Below, piece by piece: positions 50,001 through 59,480 of a stretch of 64,000 nucleotides of DNA (its first letter is position 1; every line of letters starts with the position of its first letter). Position numbers and translations under genes: made by a program. Source of the stretch: Verrucomicrobiia bacterium (GTDB lineage: Bacteria; Verrucomicrobiota; Verrucomicrobiia; Limisphaerales; UBA1319); assembly GCA_963664225.1 (NCBI GenBank), contig OY760937.1:5312001-5376000 (forward strand). The letters run 5' to 3'. The notes under the pieces were generated by a model that was given only the letters and a program-made list of their open reading frames with translations, was not told the origin of the DNA and did no database searches.

Positions 50001-52051
50001 TGCTCGAACAGGAGAATCCATTGCGTTACGGCGGACTCAATCCCGCAGAGGCGGAGTTTCAAACGAATATCGGACGCACCGCATTTGCCGAAGACGTGTC
50101 GCATCCGCTACTTCGCGGGCTGCAGGACAAGGACTTCTTTACCTGGGAGCCCGGCGAAGTGGTTTACAAAAACGCTTATCTGAAACCGCAGCGCGGGGCG
50201 CGTTCGCTGGTTCAGTGCAACGAATCGCTGCTCAACTCCGCATTGCTGACCATACCGGTAAACGACGGCATGGTGACACTCTGCCAACTCGTCGTGGGCC
50301 AGAAGCTCGGGACGAATCCGACAGCGCAGGCGCTGATGCTCAACGCGCTGGAGTTCAGCGCGGGGTATCGTCTGGAATTTCAGAAAACGGCGGCTGCGGT
50401 GGAACCTGCACTGGGAAGAATTCTTGATGCGATCAATCTGCAATACACGCCAGCAGGCAATCCCTTGGATGCGCTGGGGCAGGGGAAGATCGCGATAGTT
50501 TCCGCCACACCGGCCAACCTCAAGGTAATCGCGGAGAACAAGGACAAGCTGAAATCCTTCAATGAGGGCGGAGGGTGGCTGGTTCTGCACGGTCTGACGC
50601 CCGATGGTCTGGCTGATTACAACCGTGTGGTTGGGTTTGAGCACATGATTCGTCCATTCCGGCGGGAACGGGTGACGATTGCCATTCCGCGAAGCAAGCT
50701 CCTGGCGGGAGTCACGCTCAGCGATGTGGCGCTTTATTCCTCGGAGCGCATTTTCTCATTCCAGGAAGGCAATTTCGTGGCGTCGGACACGTTTCAGTAT
50801 GTTGTGGATGGCGACGAAGTGGCGCCTTTCGGCAAGTGGGACAGTGAGGCGTGGTATAACTTCGTCAATGGCATGACGAGCGCCGATGGTTGGAAGTACA
50901 TCCAGAACCATCCGGCCACGGCGAATACCTACAACCTGACATTGCCGAAGTCCCAGGAACTGGTCGCATGGACGTGGGATGGAAACGTGCTCTACAATGC
51001 AACCCGTCGTGTGGAATTAATTCTCGATGGCGATGAAGCTGGGAAACTGAGCTTCAATGTGCCACCTGATGGCGAGCCGGCGACTTTCGACATCAAGCCG
51101 TCCAGGACCGCGACGCGTATTGCCATTCGACATGCGGAATACGACGATGCTCCAACCAAACGGGCCAATGGCGTTCCGTTGATCGGATGCGACAACATTT
51201 CCTTCTTTGCAAAGAGGCCAGACCAATTCTCGAAACAAGTCAAATTGATGCTTAACAGCGGCGGGCTGGTTGAATATCCGCGTGGCAAGGGAGGCATTGT
51301 TCTGGCGAACATGTGGTTCAAGGACACCGAGGAAGTGCCGATCAACGCGGCGAAGAAGCGCAGCGTGATGGCTTCCATTCTGCGGAACCTGGGCGCTCCT
51401 TTTGGCGGTGGGAAAACGATCATCGCGGGCGCGCGTCTGGCTTATGCGCCGATCGACCTCTCGAAGCACGCGACGCAGTATCGCACCGAGCGCGGGTGGT
51501 TTGGCGATGCGTCGTTCACACTCAAAGACATGCCCACCGGGGAGCAGAAGCTGGCCGGGGTCACTTACGATATTTACGATTTCCGCACTTCGCCGGTACC
51601 TACATGCATCATGCTGGCCGGACCGAACCTGCCGAACCAGTTGCCAAAAGAAGTCAAAGGAATCGCGGTGGGCCGCAAAGCGGACGCGTTGTTCTTTCTC
51701 CATACGGCACGGATCAACCAGCGCCATAACGAAGACGAGAAGAAAAAAGGCAAGAAGGATGAAATTATTCGTTATGTGGTTCATTATGCCGACGGGACTA
51801 AAGAGATTGTGCCGGTTTATAGCGAGTCCGATGTGGATGATTATAAAGCGAAATCAGTGCAGGCCTTGCCGGGCGCACAGGTTGCGTGGACCCAACCTTA
51901 CAAAGGGACTGAATTCCAAGCAGTCGTTTATTCCAAGCAATGGAATAATCCGCGCCCGGATGTGGAGATCCAATCGCTGGATGTGATGCCCGGCGAAAGC
52001 AATTCGGGCACGTTGGCGTTGCTGGCGGTGACCGCAGCGACGGCACAATAA
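47063..52051 (+). CDS. Large exported multidomain GH2-like glycoside hydrolase
   Basis: LNGTW, IYVNGQFCG, PKLWWPDEPTCY, FGFRE, RNHPSIMIWSVENE, DPTRP, FIGE; about 850 aa of extra C-terminal domains. Confidence 0.8.
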   Translation: MKLKPVLLWKFVVRLAAFAVLVHGTRAATPAYVWLEGENPSQCNYRQAAEGVGNPQFLSGTNWLKISIDADKLEKEAPAEGVLVDYAFEAKASGDHEIWTRIGFEFVRSAFEWRVDQGEWSAVSPEQLTTDLMELSFWTEVAWLKLGHQPITAGRHTLSFRLPKAHDKQGKPQKILFALDCVCLSAGEFFPYQACKPDEDHQNDNDRAAAKHVFALPEPKDPSARMTIPLNGTWEICRHDEQLPGMVAAPITSFPAQPRWTAMQVPGDKNERADLVFAHRLWYRTRVHIPESQKGRSFFLVFPANSLNTTIYVNGQFCGFEKSPFARFQVDISKAAKPGMNEVWVGIKDAWYGYKADAADPLVLRKRWNLPLKYLSEGFQELVYPVWNQKLMGIIGTPEFVAAGSTYAADVFCKPSVANKKLGVEIELKSNLAATRQAVVTVEAVNDKSGEVEKRWTLPSVDVSGGEAKIVTDLDWENPKLWWPDEPTCYRLRTTVAIDSKTVDIQETLFGFREWTRDGIHLKLNGINWQGFADGLPGDTPEKFLAAHKDPHYNSGFARMWTHVYKWLGVEPEEALTFMDRGGQLIRRSSCLDGEAIGYMPGLLPDLGTNWIDQITAAIKGERNHPSIMIWSVENEINFINARNMGALDKWEPTLTRAWEAIQKVDPTRPIMIDGGGATRAQTLPVHGDHYTTKPFWNYPQLAYEANENQNPWIWDQKRPKFIGEELFAAGINPAYAYFGGEQVFLGKSGNRPAVGKAMQVISQGYRWFGVAACDFCQMTTDSDGSQYNEWAPRAVLVRQWDYTFPSGQKAKRTVGIFNNTRFPDPLTFTWKLTLNNKEVASSSTTHNVAPGENEKFDVELDIPSTQQRLEGEWVLTLATKGTEIFRTVKELSVLPADKDLAIPGKVAGLKATDLYVYDPKGGATAFLKAHGVAFTPLNSIAAPSEPGKLWLLGEDALGAADASSTAFAAYAAGGGRVILLEQENPLRYGGLNPAEAEFQTNIGRTAFAEDVSHPLLRGLQDKDFFTWEPGEVVYKNAYLKPQRGARSLVQCNESLLNSALLTIPVNDGMVTLCQLVVGQKLGTNPTAQALMLNALEFSAGYRLEFQKTAAAVEPALGRILDAINLQYTPAGNPLDALGQGKIAIVSATPANLKVIAENKDKLKSFNEGGGWLVLHGLTPDGLADYNRVVGFEHMIRPFRRERVTIAIPRSKLLAGVTLSDVALYSSERIFSFQEGNFVASDTFQYVVDGDEVAPFGKWDSEAWYNFVNGMTSADGWKYIQNHPATANTYNLTLPKSQELVAWTWDGNVLYNATRRVELILDGDEAGKLSFNVPPDGEPATFDIKPSRTATRIAIRHAEYDDAPTKRANGVPLIGCDNISFFAKRPDQFSKQVKLMLNSGGLVEYPRGKGGIVLANMWFKDTEEVPINAAKKRSVMASILRNLGAPFGGGKTIIAGARLAYAPIDLSKHATQYRTERGWFGDASFTLKDMPTGEQKLAGVTYDIYDFRTSPVPTCIMLAGPNLPNQLPKEVKGIAVGRKADALFFLHTARINQRHNEDEKKKGKKDEIIRYVVHYADGTKEIVPVYSESDVDDYKAKSVQALPGAQVAWTQPYKGTEFQAVVYSKQWNNPRPDVEIQSLDVMPGESNSGTLALLAVTAATAQ

Positions 52052-52082
52052 ACCCTTCGTCCATAAGGTGAATACACATTTT

Positions 52083-52859
52083 ATGAAATTGACCTGGAGC
52101 AGCATTATCGGGGCGCTGGCCTGCCTGTTGGCGCTTGATCTCCAAGCTGCCCCGTTGCGCATTGTGGCCATTGGCGATTCGATCACACAAGGTCGTGGCT
52201 CGCAAAGCAAGGGCGGTGAAGCCTGGACTCCAACTTTCAGCTATCGATATCCACTTTGGAAGCTGCTCGTCGATGCCGGAGCGGACTTCGATTTAGTGGG
52301 ATCCTTGCACGGTGGTTTTGAGGGTGATCCTGATTGGGCTGATTACAAGGGCAGGAAATTCGATCGCGATCATGAAGGACACTGGGGATGGAAGGCGGTG
52401 GACGTGGCCGCCAAAATGCCCGGGTGGATGCAGGACTACACGCCCGATGTTGCACTGATACTGCTGGGTTCCAATGACGCCAATGGTAAAACGCCAGAGG
52501 AGCATAAAGCCAGCGTTGAGCGCGTCCGTGTGGCGATGAGCGACATAATCTCGAGCCTGCGGCAGAAGAATCCAAAGGTTGTCATCCTGCTCGGCCAGTG
52601 CCATCAGGAATGGGAGCCATTTCCTGCGATGCGCGCCGCCATGACTGAACTCGCCAAAGCCCAAACCGGCGTTGATTCGCCGATTGTCATTGTGGATCAT
52701 TCCCCCGGGTGGATCAGTGATCCCAAGAAACCCGAGGCTCACACAGTGGACTGGGTGCATCCCAATCTGGCCGGAGATGAAAAACTAGCCCGGAATTGGT
52801 TTGCAGCACTGAAGCCGTATTTGAATCAAGGTGGTCGTTCTTCCGGTAAACACCAATGA
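52083..52859 (+). CDS. SGNH/GDSL hydrolase (CE3-like acetyl esterase)
   Basis: IGDSIT, HEGHWG, LGSND, DWVHPN. Confidence 0.85.
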   Translation: MKLTWSSIIGALACLLALDLQAAPLRIVAIGDSITQGRGSQSKGGEAWTPTFSYRYPLWKLLVDAGADFDLVGSLHGGFEGDPDWADYKGRKFDRDHEGHWGWKAVDVAAKMPGWMQDYTPDVALILLGSNDANGKTPEEHKASVERVRVAMSDIISSLRQKNPKVVILLGQCHQEWEPFPAMRAAMTELAKAQTGVDSPIVIVDHSPGWISDPKKPEAHTVDWVHPNLAGDEKLARNWFAALKPYLNQGGRSSGKHQ

Positions 52860-52866
52860 TCAGCGC

Positions 52867-53877
52867 ATGAAATCCCTCTTCCAACTGACGGCGATCCTTT
52901 TCGTGGCAATAACCATGCTGAGCAGACCTGCTGTTGCAGGTGAACTGTCCGCCTCATCACAAACCATGCGCGTCTATTTCATTGGCAACAGTGTCACTGA
53001 TACAATCAAATACGATGCCTTCGCTGAGGCGGTTCAAGGCATGGACTGCAAACTGAAGTGGGGGCGACAGATGATCCCCGGCAGTCCGCTCTTCTGGTTG
53101 TGGCGCGCGGCAGAAGGCAAACCCGAAGACTGTGGATTCACCAAGAATCCTTATGGCGGGAGCATTCAGGCATTGCGAGATTTCGAATGGGATGCGGTGA
53201 CACTACAGCCATTCGATCGTCTGCTGGCCAATGCGGATCCCAAGGAGGCTGACGAACAGGGCGACATTCTTTACGCGCAAAAATATCTCGACCTGACTTT
53301 GCAACGCAGCCCGAACGCTCAGGTTTATATATACGCGCGCTGGCCGCGAATGCTGGTGAAAGGCAAGGGCATTGATTTTGACAAGGACGCCTATGACAAA
53401 CCGGCGTCCGGCAAAACCGCAGATTGGAGCCAGGTCGATGCTTTTGGCCAACGCTGGCAGACCAGATACACCGGGGGTTGGGATACCAGCAACGAAACAG
53501 CGGATTACTTCGAAACGCTGACCCGCATCCTGCGCAAGGTAAATCCAACCGTACACAAGCCGGTCCTAATGATTCCCGTGGGGCACGTCATGTTCGAGTT
53601 GGACAAAGTGATGCAGTCCGGCGAGTTGCCTGGCTATAAGGGTATCTACGACGTGTACAAGGATGCCATCCATCTCACGGATGCTGGATCCTATATTGTG
53701 GGATGCACGTTTTATGCGACAGTTTTCAAGAAGGACCCCAAGGGTTTTCCCGGTGAACCCTATAAGGTATCGGATTCCAAGCTGATGGCGGTGGTGCAAA
53801 AAGTCGTGTGGCAGGTGGTTAAGAACCAACCCCTGGCTGGTGTCGCACCTCAAGAGTCAATTAAACAGGGTAATTGA
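52867..53877 (+). CDS. SGNH-like hydrolase (GNS variant), exported
   Basis: VYFIGNSVT, WDAVTLQ, IPVG, DAIHL. Confidence 0.7.
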   Translation: MKSLFQLTAILFVAITMLSRPAVAGELSASSQTMRVYFIGNSVTDTIKYDAFAEAVQGMDCKLKWGRQMIPGSPLFWLWRAAEGKPEDCGFTKNPYGGSIQALRDFEWDAVTLQPFDRLLANADPKEADEQGDILYAQKYLDLTLQRSPNAQVYIYARWPRMLVKGKGIDFDKDAYDKPASGKTADWSQVDAFGQRWQTRYTGGWDTSNETADYFETLTRILRKVNPTVHKPVLMIPVGHVMFELDKVMQSGELPGYKGIYDVYKDAIHLTDAGSYIVGCTFYATVFKKDPKGFPGEPYKVSDSKLMAVVQKVVWQVVKNQPLAGVAPQESIKQGN

Positions 53878-54061
53878 GCAGACTTAGTGGAAGAACTCTG
53901 CTTGCAGACTGGTTGATGAGGGGCTGCATTTAATCACTGTTACATATTCTCTTGTAAGGTGTTGTGTTGTGAATGATGCTTTCAATGGTTGTGTGTGTGG
54001 CAGGCGCGTGCTGAATGTGCACGGCGCATGCAACGTCCAACCGTTCGAAGGGAACAGGATT

Positions 54062-55255
54062 ATGCATATAAACAATTTTGGACGGAAGGTCGGTTTGATC
54101 GCACTCGCCCTCTGGGGTGCCACAGCCTGCATTCAAGCTGAGAACACGGTCGCTGTGAACGAAGTTCTCAAATTGAAGGATGCGGCCGTGAACGAGGAAA
54201 CGATTGTAGCCTACATTCAAAACAAGGATATCAACTACGATTTGTCGGCTGACAGCATTCTCAATTTGCGCAACAGGGGTGTTTCGGCAGCGGTTTTGAA
54301 TGCCATGCTTGCGAGCGGACATGGAACGGCTGCCACGCTGCCTGCGGCGCCGCAACCTGCAATGGCAGCGCCGCAAACGCAGCAAATTTCCACGCCGACT
54401 CAAGCGCCACAGTGGCAGCCACAGCCAGGCGTTTCCTCGACGGTTACAACCGTGGTCACGCAACCCGCGGCCAATCCGGATGTGGCCTATTTTTATCAGG
54501 AGCTTAGTCCTTATGGGCGATGGATTCTCGCTGAGGACGGTCAATGGTGCTGGCAGCCGACGGTTGTGATTGGCTCGCCGGATTGGCGACCATACTGGGA
54601 TAAGGGTCGCTGGGTTTGGACGGATCAGGGCTGGTATTGGACCTCGGATTATACGTGGGGTTGGGCTGCATTTCATTACGGCCGCTGGCAGTTGCATCCG
54701 CATCACGGCTGGATCTGGTTCCCGGATCGCGTTTGGGGACCCTCGTGGGTGGCGTGGCGTTCAGGCGGCGATTATTGCGGCTGGGCTCCATTGCCTCCGG
54801 GCGCGGTCTATGACACAGGTCGCGGATATTTCCTCTTTCATGGAAGGCGTGTGGAAGCGGGCTTCGATTTTGGCCTTGGTTTTGCGCATTTCAGTTTTTC
54901 CACAATGCGCAACATGGGGGAACCCATACGCGGTCATTTCCGCAGCGATGCGCATATGCGTTCGGAATTTGGGCATACCACCATCATTAACAACTACTCG
55001 GTAAATCGGAGTGTCGTGGGTGGCGAAACGCATGTGGCGGTTTTCAATCATGGCATTGAACCCTCGAGGGTTTCGGCTGCAAAAGGACGCAGATTTGAAA
55101 CGATCCACATAGAGGATCGCAACACGCCTGCGCCAGGCCGGGGGCATGAGCGTATCAACGCCAAGGATAAAAAGCTCGAAGTCTATCGTCCCCGAATTGG
55201 CGGCGGTGGTGGCGGCAATGGTGGTAATGGAGGTAATGGTGGCGGGCGGCGCTGA
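54062..55255 (+). CDS. DUF6600-like Trp/Gly-rich exported protein
   Basis: FYQELSPYGRW...WRPYWDKGRWVWTDQGWYWTSDYTWGWAAFHYGRW...WAPLPP; Pro/Gln linker; Gly-rich tail. Confidence 0.75.
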   Translation: MHINNFGRKVGLIALALWGATACIQAENTVAVNEVLKLKDAAVNEETIVAYIQNKDINYDLSADSILNLRNRGVSAAVLNAMLASGHGTAATLPAAPQPAMAAPQTQQISTPTQAPQWQPQPGVSSTVTTVVTQPAANPDVAYFYQELSPYGRWILAEDGQWCWQPTVVIGSPDWRPYWDKGRWVWTDQGWYWTSDYTWGWAAFHYGRWQLHPHHGWIWFPDRVWGPSWVAWRSGGDYCGWAPLPPGAVYDTGRGYFLFHGRRVEAGFDFGLGFAHFSFSTMRNMGEPIRGHFRSDAHMRSEFGHTTIINNYSVNRSVVGGETHVAVFNHGIEPSRVSAAKGRRFETIHIEDRNTPAPGRGHERINAKDKKLEVYRPRIGGGGGGNGGNGGNGGGRR

Positions 55256-55281
55256 TCGCAGCGTGGCCATTCCATAATTGT

Positions 55282-56202
55282 TCAAACGGACGCAATCGGT
55301 TTGGCGGGGTGATGAGTCAACCCCGCCACTTCCCAAACAATCTTCAGAAACGAACCAAGCACCGGAGACGTGTCATTCTTGCGCCATAGCACGGCCAAAT
55401 CAGTTGTGGGAACGGGCGGTTGCAGCGGGCGATATGCGATGCCGGTGCGCTGTAAAGATTGCATCGAGGCTGGAACGATGGAAACGCCCATTCCTCCTGC
55501 GATCAGGCTCACGATGGTTTGGGTCGAGCGCGCTTCCTGGATCACTCTGGGAGCAAATCCGGCCGCCGCACAAAGGCCAACGACTTGATCATAAAAGCCG
55601 GGGCCCAAATGGCGCGGAACCAGAAGGAAAGATTCCTGCGCCAAGGCTGCCAGGGATATTCGTTTCTTTGCAGCCAGGGGGTTTTGCTCGTGAAGGACCA
55701 CCATCAGGGGTTCGCGCCAGACAACGCGTAATTCGAAATCCCCGGTTGCTAGAGCGGGAGGGCGGACCAGGCCGACGTCGATGCGATGCTCCTTCATGGC
55801 CTCGAATTGTTCTTCACTGGTCAAATCATGCAGAACCAACGCCACGTCTGGATGGCGGGAGCGCATGAAACCGAAGACGGACGCGAACTTGCCGTAAACC
55901 GCGGAACTGACGAAGCCCATGGATAACTGTCCCACATCGCCACGGGCTGCGCGCCGAGCCATGCGAAGGGCCTGATCGGCCTGTGCGAGGGTCTTGCGCG
56001 CCTCCGTGAGGAAAACCATTCCAGCCGCGGTCAACTCAACGCTTCGTTTTGTTCTTAGCAGGAGCACTGCGCCGATCTCTTCCTCCAGCGTCTTGATTTG
56101 CTGGCTGAAAGGGGGTTGAGCGATGCCCATGCGCTCGGCGGCGCGGCTGAAATGCAGTTCCTCCGCGACGGCGACGAAATATCTCAAATGTCGGAGTTCC
56201 AT
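55282..56202 (-). CDS. LysR-family regulator (BenM/AlsR/YnfL-like)
   Basis: MELRHLRYFVAVAEELHFSRAAE HTH; substrate-binding domain; divergent from an MFS gene. Confidence 0.93.
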   Translation of the reverse strand: MELRHLRYFVAVAEELHFSRAAERMGIAQPPFSQQIKTLEEEIGAVLLLRTKRSVELTAAGMVFLTEARKTLAQADQALRMARRAARGDVGQLSMGFVSSAVYGKFASVFGFMRSRHPDVALVLHDLTSEEQFEAMKEHRIDVGLVRPPALATGDFELRVVWREPLMVVLHEQNPLAAKKRISLAALAQESFLLVPRHLGPGFYDQVVGLCAAAGFAPRVIQEARSTQTIVSLIAGGMGVSIVPASMQSLQRTGIAYRPLQPPVPTTDLAVLWRKNDTSPVLGSFLKIVWEVAGLTHHPAKPIASV

Positions 56203-56213
56203 TAGGGGATGGT

Positions 56214-56230
56214 AATACATTAAAAGTATT
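56214..56230. promoter_or_regulatory. LysR recognition box ATAC-N7-GTAT
   Basis: AATAC-ATTAAAA-GTATT (T-N11-A) in the divergent LysR/MFS spacer. Confidence 0.7.
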
Positions 56231-56290
56231 AATAATGCAAAAATAATATATTGGATGTGACCCACCGGGCCGACGTAGGTTATCCCGTCT

Positions 56291-57523
56291 GTGAATGGCA
56301 CAAATGCAATGGAAACCGTGAAGATCGGATGGCCTGTGAACGGGGCAGTGGCTGAGAGATCCGCCCAGGTTCAAAGCCGGGCGGGGATACTGCTGGCTTT
56401 ATTTGTCATGGGCTTCGCGACATTTCTCAATTTGTATGCAACCCAGCCGATGCTGCCGCAATTTCGGCAAATCTTCCACGCATCGGAGCTCCTGGTGAGT
56501 TTGACGGTCAGCGCTCCGGCGCTGGCGGTGGCCTTGGCGGCTCCTTTTCTTGGGCTCATGGCGGACGCGTTGGGACGCAAGCGGGTGATCGTTACGGCCA
56601 TGCTGGGGCTCGCCATTCCTACGATCCTGTCGGCCACATCCAGCGGTTTGGGACAATTAATTGTGTGGAGGTTTCTTCAGGGACTATTCATTCCGGGCGT
56701 TATTGCCGTAGCCATGGCTTATATCAGTGAGGAAACACAACGGCAATCGGTCGGCTCCACGATGGCGACCTATGTGACGGGCACGGTGGTGGGCGGATTT
56801 GTGGGACGCTTTGCAGGGGGGCTGATTGCGGCGCATTGGGGGTGGCGGGCTGCGATGCTGGCACTCGGAATAGCGACATTGTCGGGTGCGTTCGCCACAT
56901 GGTGGCTTTTGCCTCGTTCGACAAAGTTCGTGCGGCACAACAACGCCGCCGCGTCGCTGGCATCGTTGAAGGCGCACTTGCGCAACAAGCAACTTCTGGC
57001 GACCTACGTGGTGGGATTCAACGTGCTGTTTTGCCTGGTGGGCACGTTTACCTACGTGAACTTTTATCTGGCGGATGAGCCGTTTAATCTTGCGCCAGCG
57101 GCACTGGCTTCGATTTTTGGCGTGTATTTAATCGGCGCGGTGGTGACGCCTTTTTCAGGTCGCATTCTGGATCGCATCGGCTATCGGAGGACTTTGATTG
57201 GGGCCGTCGCAATCGCTGCGTTAGGAATGCTGATTACGCTGTTTCATTCGTTGCCTATTGTGGTTTTTGGTCTGGCTCTGGCCGCTTCCGGCGCATTCGC
57301 CTGTCAGTCCGCGGCATCGAGCAACGTGGGCCGGGTCGCAGGGAAGGCTCGCTCCTCTGCGGCCGGTCTGTATGTTGGGATGTATTATTTTGGCGGATGT
57401 GTTGGGTCCATTGTCCCAGGTTATCTCTGGAACACTGCGGGGTGGGACGGTTGCGTTGGAGTGATCGTGATCATGCAGGCCGTGACCGCCACAATTGCGG
57501 GAAAACTTTGGAAAGAGGGTTGA
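56291..57523 (+). CDS. MFS transporter, YnfM-like
   Basis: LYATQPMLP, ADALGRKRV motif A, AMAYISEE, about 12 TM; start could be ATG 56309. Confidence 0.88.
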   Translation: MNGTNAMETVKIGWPVNGAVAERSAQVQSRAGILLALFVMGFATFLNLYATQPMLPQFRQIFHASELLVSLTVSAPALAVALAAPFLGLMADALGRKRVIVTAMLGLAIPTILSATSSGLGQLIVWRFLQGLFIPGVIAVAMAYISEETQRQSVGSTMATYVTGTVVGGFVGRFAGGLIAAHWGWRAAMLALGIATLSGAFATWWLLPRSTKFVRHNNAAASLASLKAHLRNKQLLATYVVGFNVLFCLVGTFTYVNFYLADEPFNLAPAALASIFGVYLIGAVVTPFSGRILDRIGYRRTLIGAVAIAALGMLITLFHSLPIVVFGLALAASGAFACQSAASSNVGRVAGKARSSAAGLYVGMYYFGGCVGSIVPGYLWNTAGWDGCVGVIVIMQAVTATIAGKLWKEG

Positions 57524-57529
57524 ATTTCG

Positions 57530-57720
57530 CACTGACCCCCAAGGGGATCACGGATATCCAAAGAACGGTAGCGGCGCTCGACCGGTGGTTCCCTGTGCCG
57601 CAGGACGAGAATCGCCAGCGTCGTTCCCAGACGAAAAAGACCACACCGCAGCCACAGTGAAAAGAATGGCATTCATGAATGAATCCGGCACCGGGACCGG
57701 CAACACCGCGATCACGCACT
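57530..57720 (-). pseudogene. Degraded C-terminal fragment of an APC-family amino-acid permease
   Basis: Minus strand across frameshifts: ILFTVAAVWSF / GTTLAILVLRHREPPVERRYRS / FGYP*, resembling the LRxxEPxxxRPYRxxGYP motif. Confidence 0.4.
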
Positions 57721-57794
57721 GAACGCGCCCGGAAAAGGCGACGCTGAGTGTTGACTTGAAAGCATTTCAGAGCAAGGTTCTGGTCGATCACTTT

Positions 57795-59312
57795 ATGAAT
57801 ATTTCACCCATTCTGGTCGCGAAGAACAAATCGGACATCGTGCTCCTTCCGCAGATGGCCAACCGCCACGGCCTGATCAGTGGCGCGACTGGCACGGGTA
57901 AGACCGTTACGTTGCAAGTTCTCGCGGAAAATTTCAGCGCCCTGGGCGTGCCTGTGTTTCTGGCCGATGTGAAGGGCGACCTCGCCGGAATTTCACAACC
58001 GGGGGGGCAATCCCCCAAGGTTCAGGAGCGCCTCGCACAATTGAAGATTGATGGCTACACGCCCGCCGGCTGCCCCGTCACTTTTTGGGACGTGTTCGGC
58101 GAGCAAGGCCACCCCATCCGCACCACCATCTCTGAGTTCGGCCCGCTGTTGCTCGCGCGCCTACTGCAACTTAACGAAGTCCAGGAGGGGGTGCTGAACC
58201 TTATTTTCAAGATCGCCGACGAAAACGCGCTGCTGCTCCTGGACCTCAAGGACCTCCGCGCCATGTCGCAATACGTCGGCGACAACGCCGCCCAGTTCAC
58301 CACCCAATACGGCAACATCTCCGCCGCCAGCATCGGCGCCATCCAGCGCAACCTCCTCACCCTAGAAACGCAGGGGGCGGACAAATATTTCGGCGAGCCT
58401 GCCATCAATCTGGACGACTTTCTCCAGGCCGACGCCAACGGCAAGGGGCTCGTCAATATTCTCGTTGCCGACAAGCTCCTGCAATCTCCGCGTGTTTACG
58501 CCACCTTGCTGCTGTGGTTGCTATCGGAGTTGTTTGAGCGATTGCCCGAGGCCGGAGACTTGCCGAAACCCAAAATGGTGTTCTTTTTTGACGAGGCGCA
58601 TCTGTTGTTTAACGAAGCGCCGCCTGCATTGCTGGAAAAAATCGAGCAGGTGGTCCGACTCGTCCGTTCCAAAGGGGTTGGCGTGTTTTTCATCACCCAG
58701 AACCCGCGTGACGTGCCGGATAACGTGCTGGGTCAACTTTCAAACCGCGTCCAGCACGCTTTGCGCGCCTTCACCCCGCACGACCAGAAAGCCGTGACCG
58801 CCGCCGCCGAGACTTTTCGCGAGAATCCCGGGATCAATACCGCCGCCGCCATCATGGAGTTGGGCGTGGGTGAGGCACTGATTTCCTTCCTTGAGGAGAA
58901 TGGTCAGCCAGCCATCGTTCAACGCGCGTGGATTGTTCCGCCACGGAGCCAGATCGGCCCGATCACGACCGAACAACGCCGGCAGCTCATCCAGAATTCG
59001 ATTGTTGCAGGCGTTTATGAAAAAGCGGTGGATCGTGAATCGGCTTATGAAAAGCTAACCGCCGCGCAGCCGCCTGTGGTCCCGCCACCCATCGCTCCCG
59101 AGCAACCTGGATTCTTTGGATCGCTCTTTGGCGGCAGTGCGCCCGCACCTGCCTTGCATGGAAGGGCCCCGGGTCGCCAGCCGGATTCCCTGGTCACCAT
59201 TGCGGCCAAGAGCGCCGTTCGCTCCGTCAGCAGCGGCATCGGCCGCCAGATTGCCAATCAGGTTGTGCGCGGCCTCTTGGGAAGCATCTTCGGAGGCGGT
59301 CGGCGCAGGTAG
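57795..59312 (+). CDS. yjgR: DUF853/YjgR HerA-like P-loop ATPase
   Basis: [47 protein letters not shown]. Confidence 0.9.
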   Translation: MNISPILVAKNKSDIVLLPQMANRHGLISGATGTGKTVTLQVLAENFSALGVPVFLADVKGDLAGISQPGGQSPKVQERLAQLKIDGYTPAGCPVTFWDVFGEQGHPIRTTISEFGPLLLARLLQLNEVQEGVLNLIFKIADENALLLLDLKDLRAMSQYVGDNAAQFTTQYGNISAASIGAIQRNLLTLETQGADKYFGEPAINLDDFLQADANGKGLVNILVADKLLQSPRVYATLLLWLLSELFERLPEAGDLPKPKMVFFFDEAHLLFNEAPPALLEKIEQVVRLVRSKGVGVFFITQNPRDVPDNVLGQLSNRVQHALRAFTPHDQKAVTAAAETFRENPGINTAAAIMELGVGEALISFLEENGQPAIVQRAWIVPPRSQIGPITTEQRRQLIQNSIVAGVYEKAVDRESAYEKLTAAQPPVVPPPIAPEQPGFFGSLFGGSAPAPALHGRAPGRQPDSLVTIAAKSAVRSVSSGIGRQIANQVVRGLLGSIFGGGRRR

Positions 59313-59480
59313 GACGTCGCGCGCTCCCTACGCATGCGTCCATCGATTCCATCGCTCTGTAAATTGTTCGGCATCGCCAATATAGACTGTTGATACCCCG
59401 CAATGGGACACCATGCCGCAGTTGTTGAACTTGAAGCATCGCCTCTTTACTTTGGGATCCCGGCCTGAAACATTAAGGGC

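Noticed and set aside
53996..54013. Sigma-54 promoter upstream of the DUF6600-like gene (TGGCAGGCGCGTGCT)
   Set aside because: GG-to-GC spacing is 9 nt rather than the required 10
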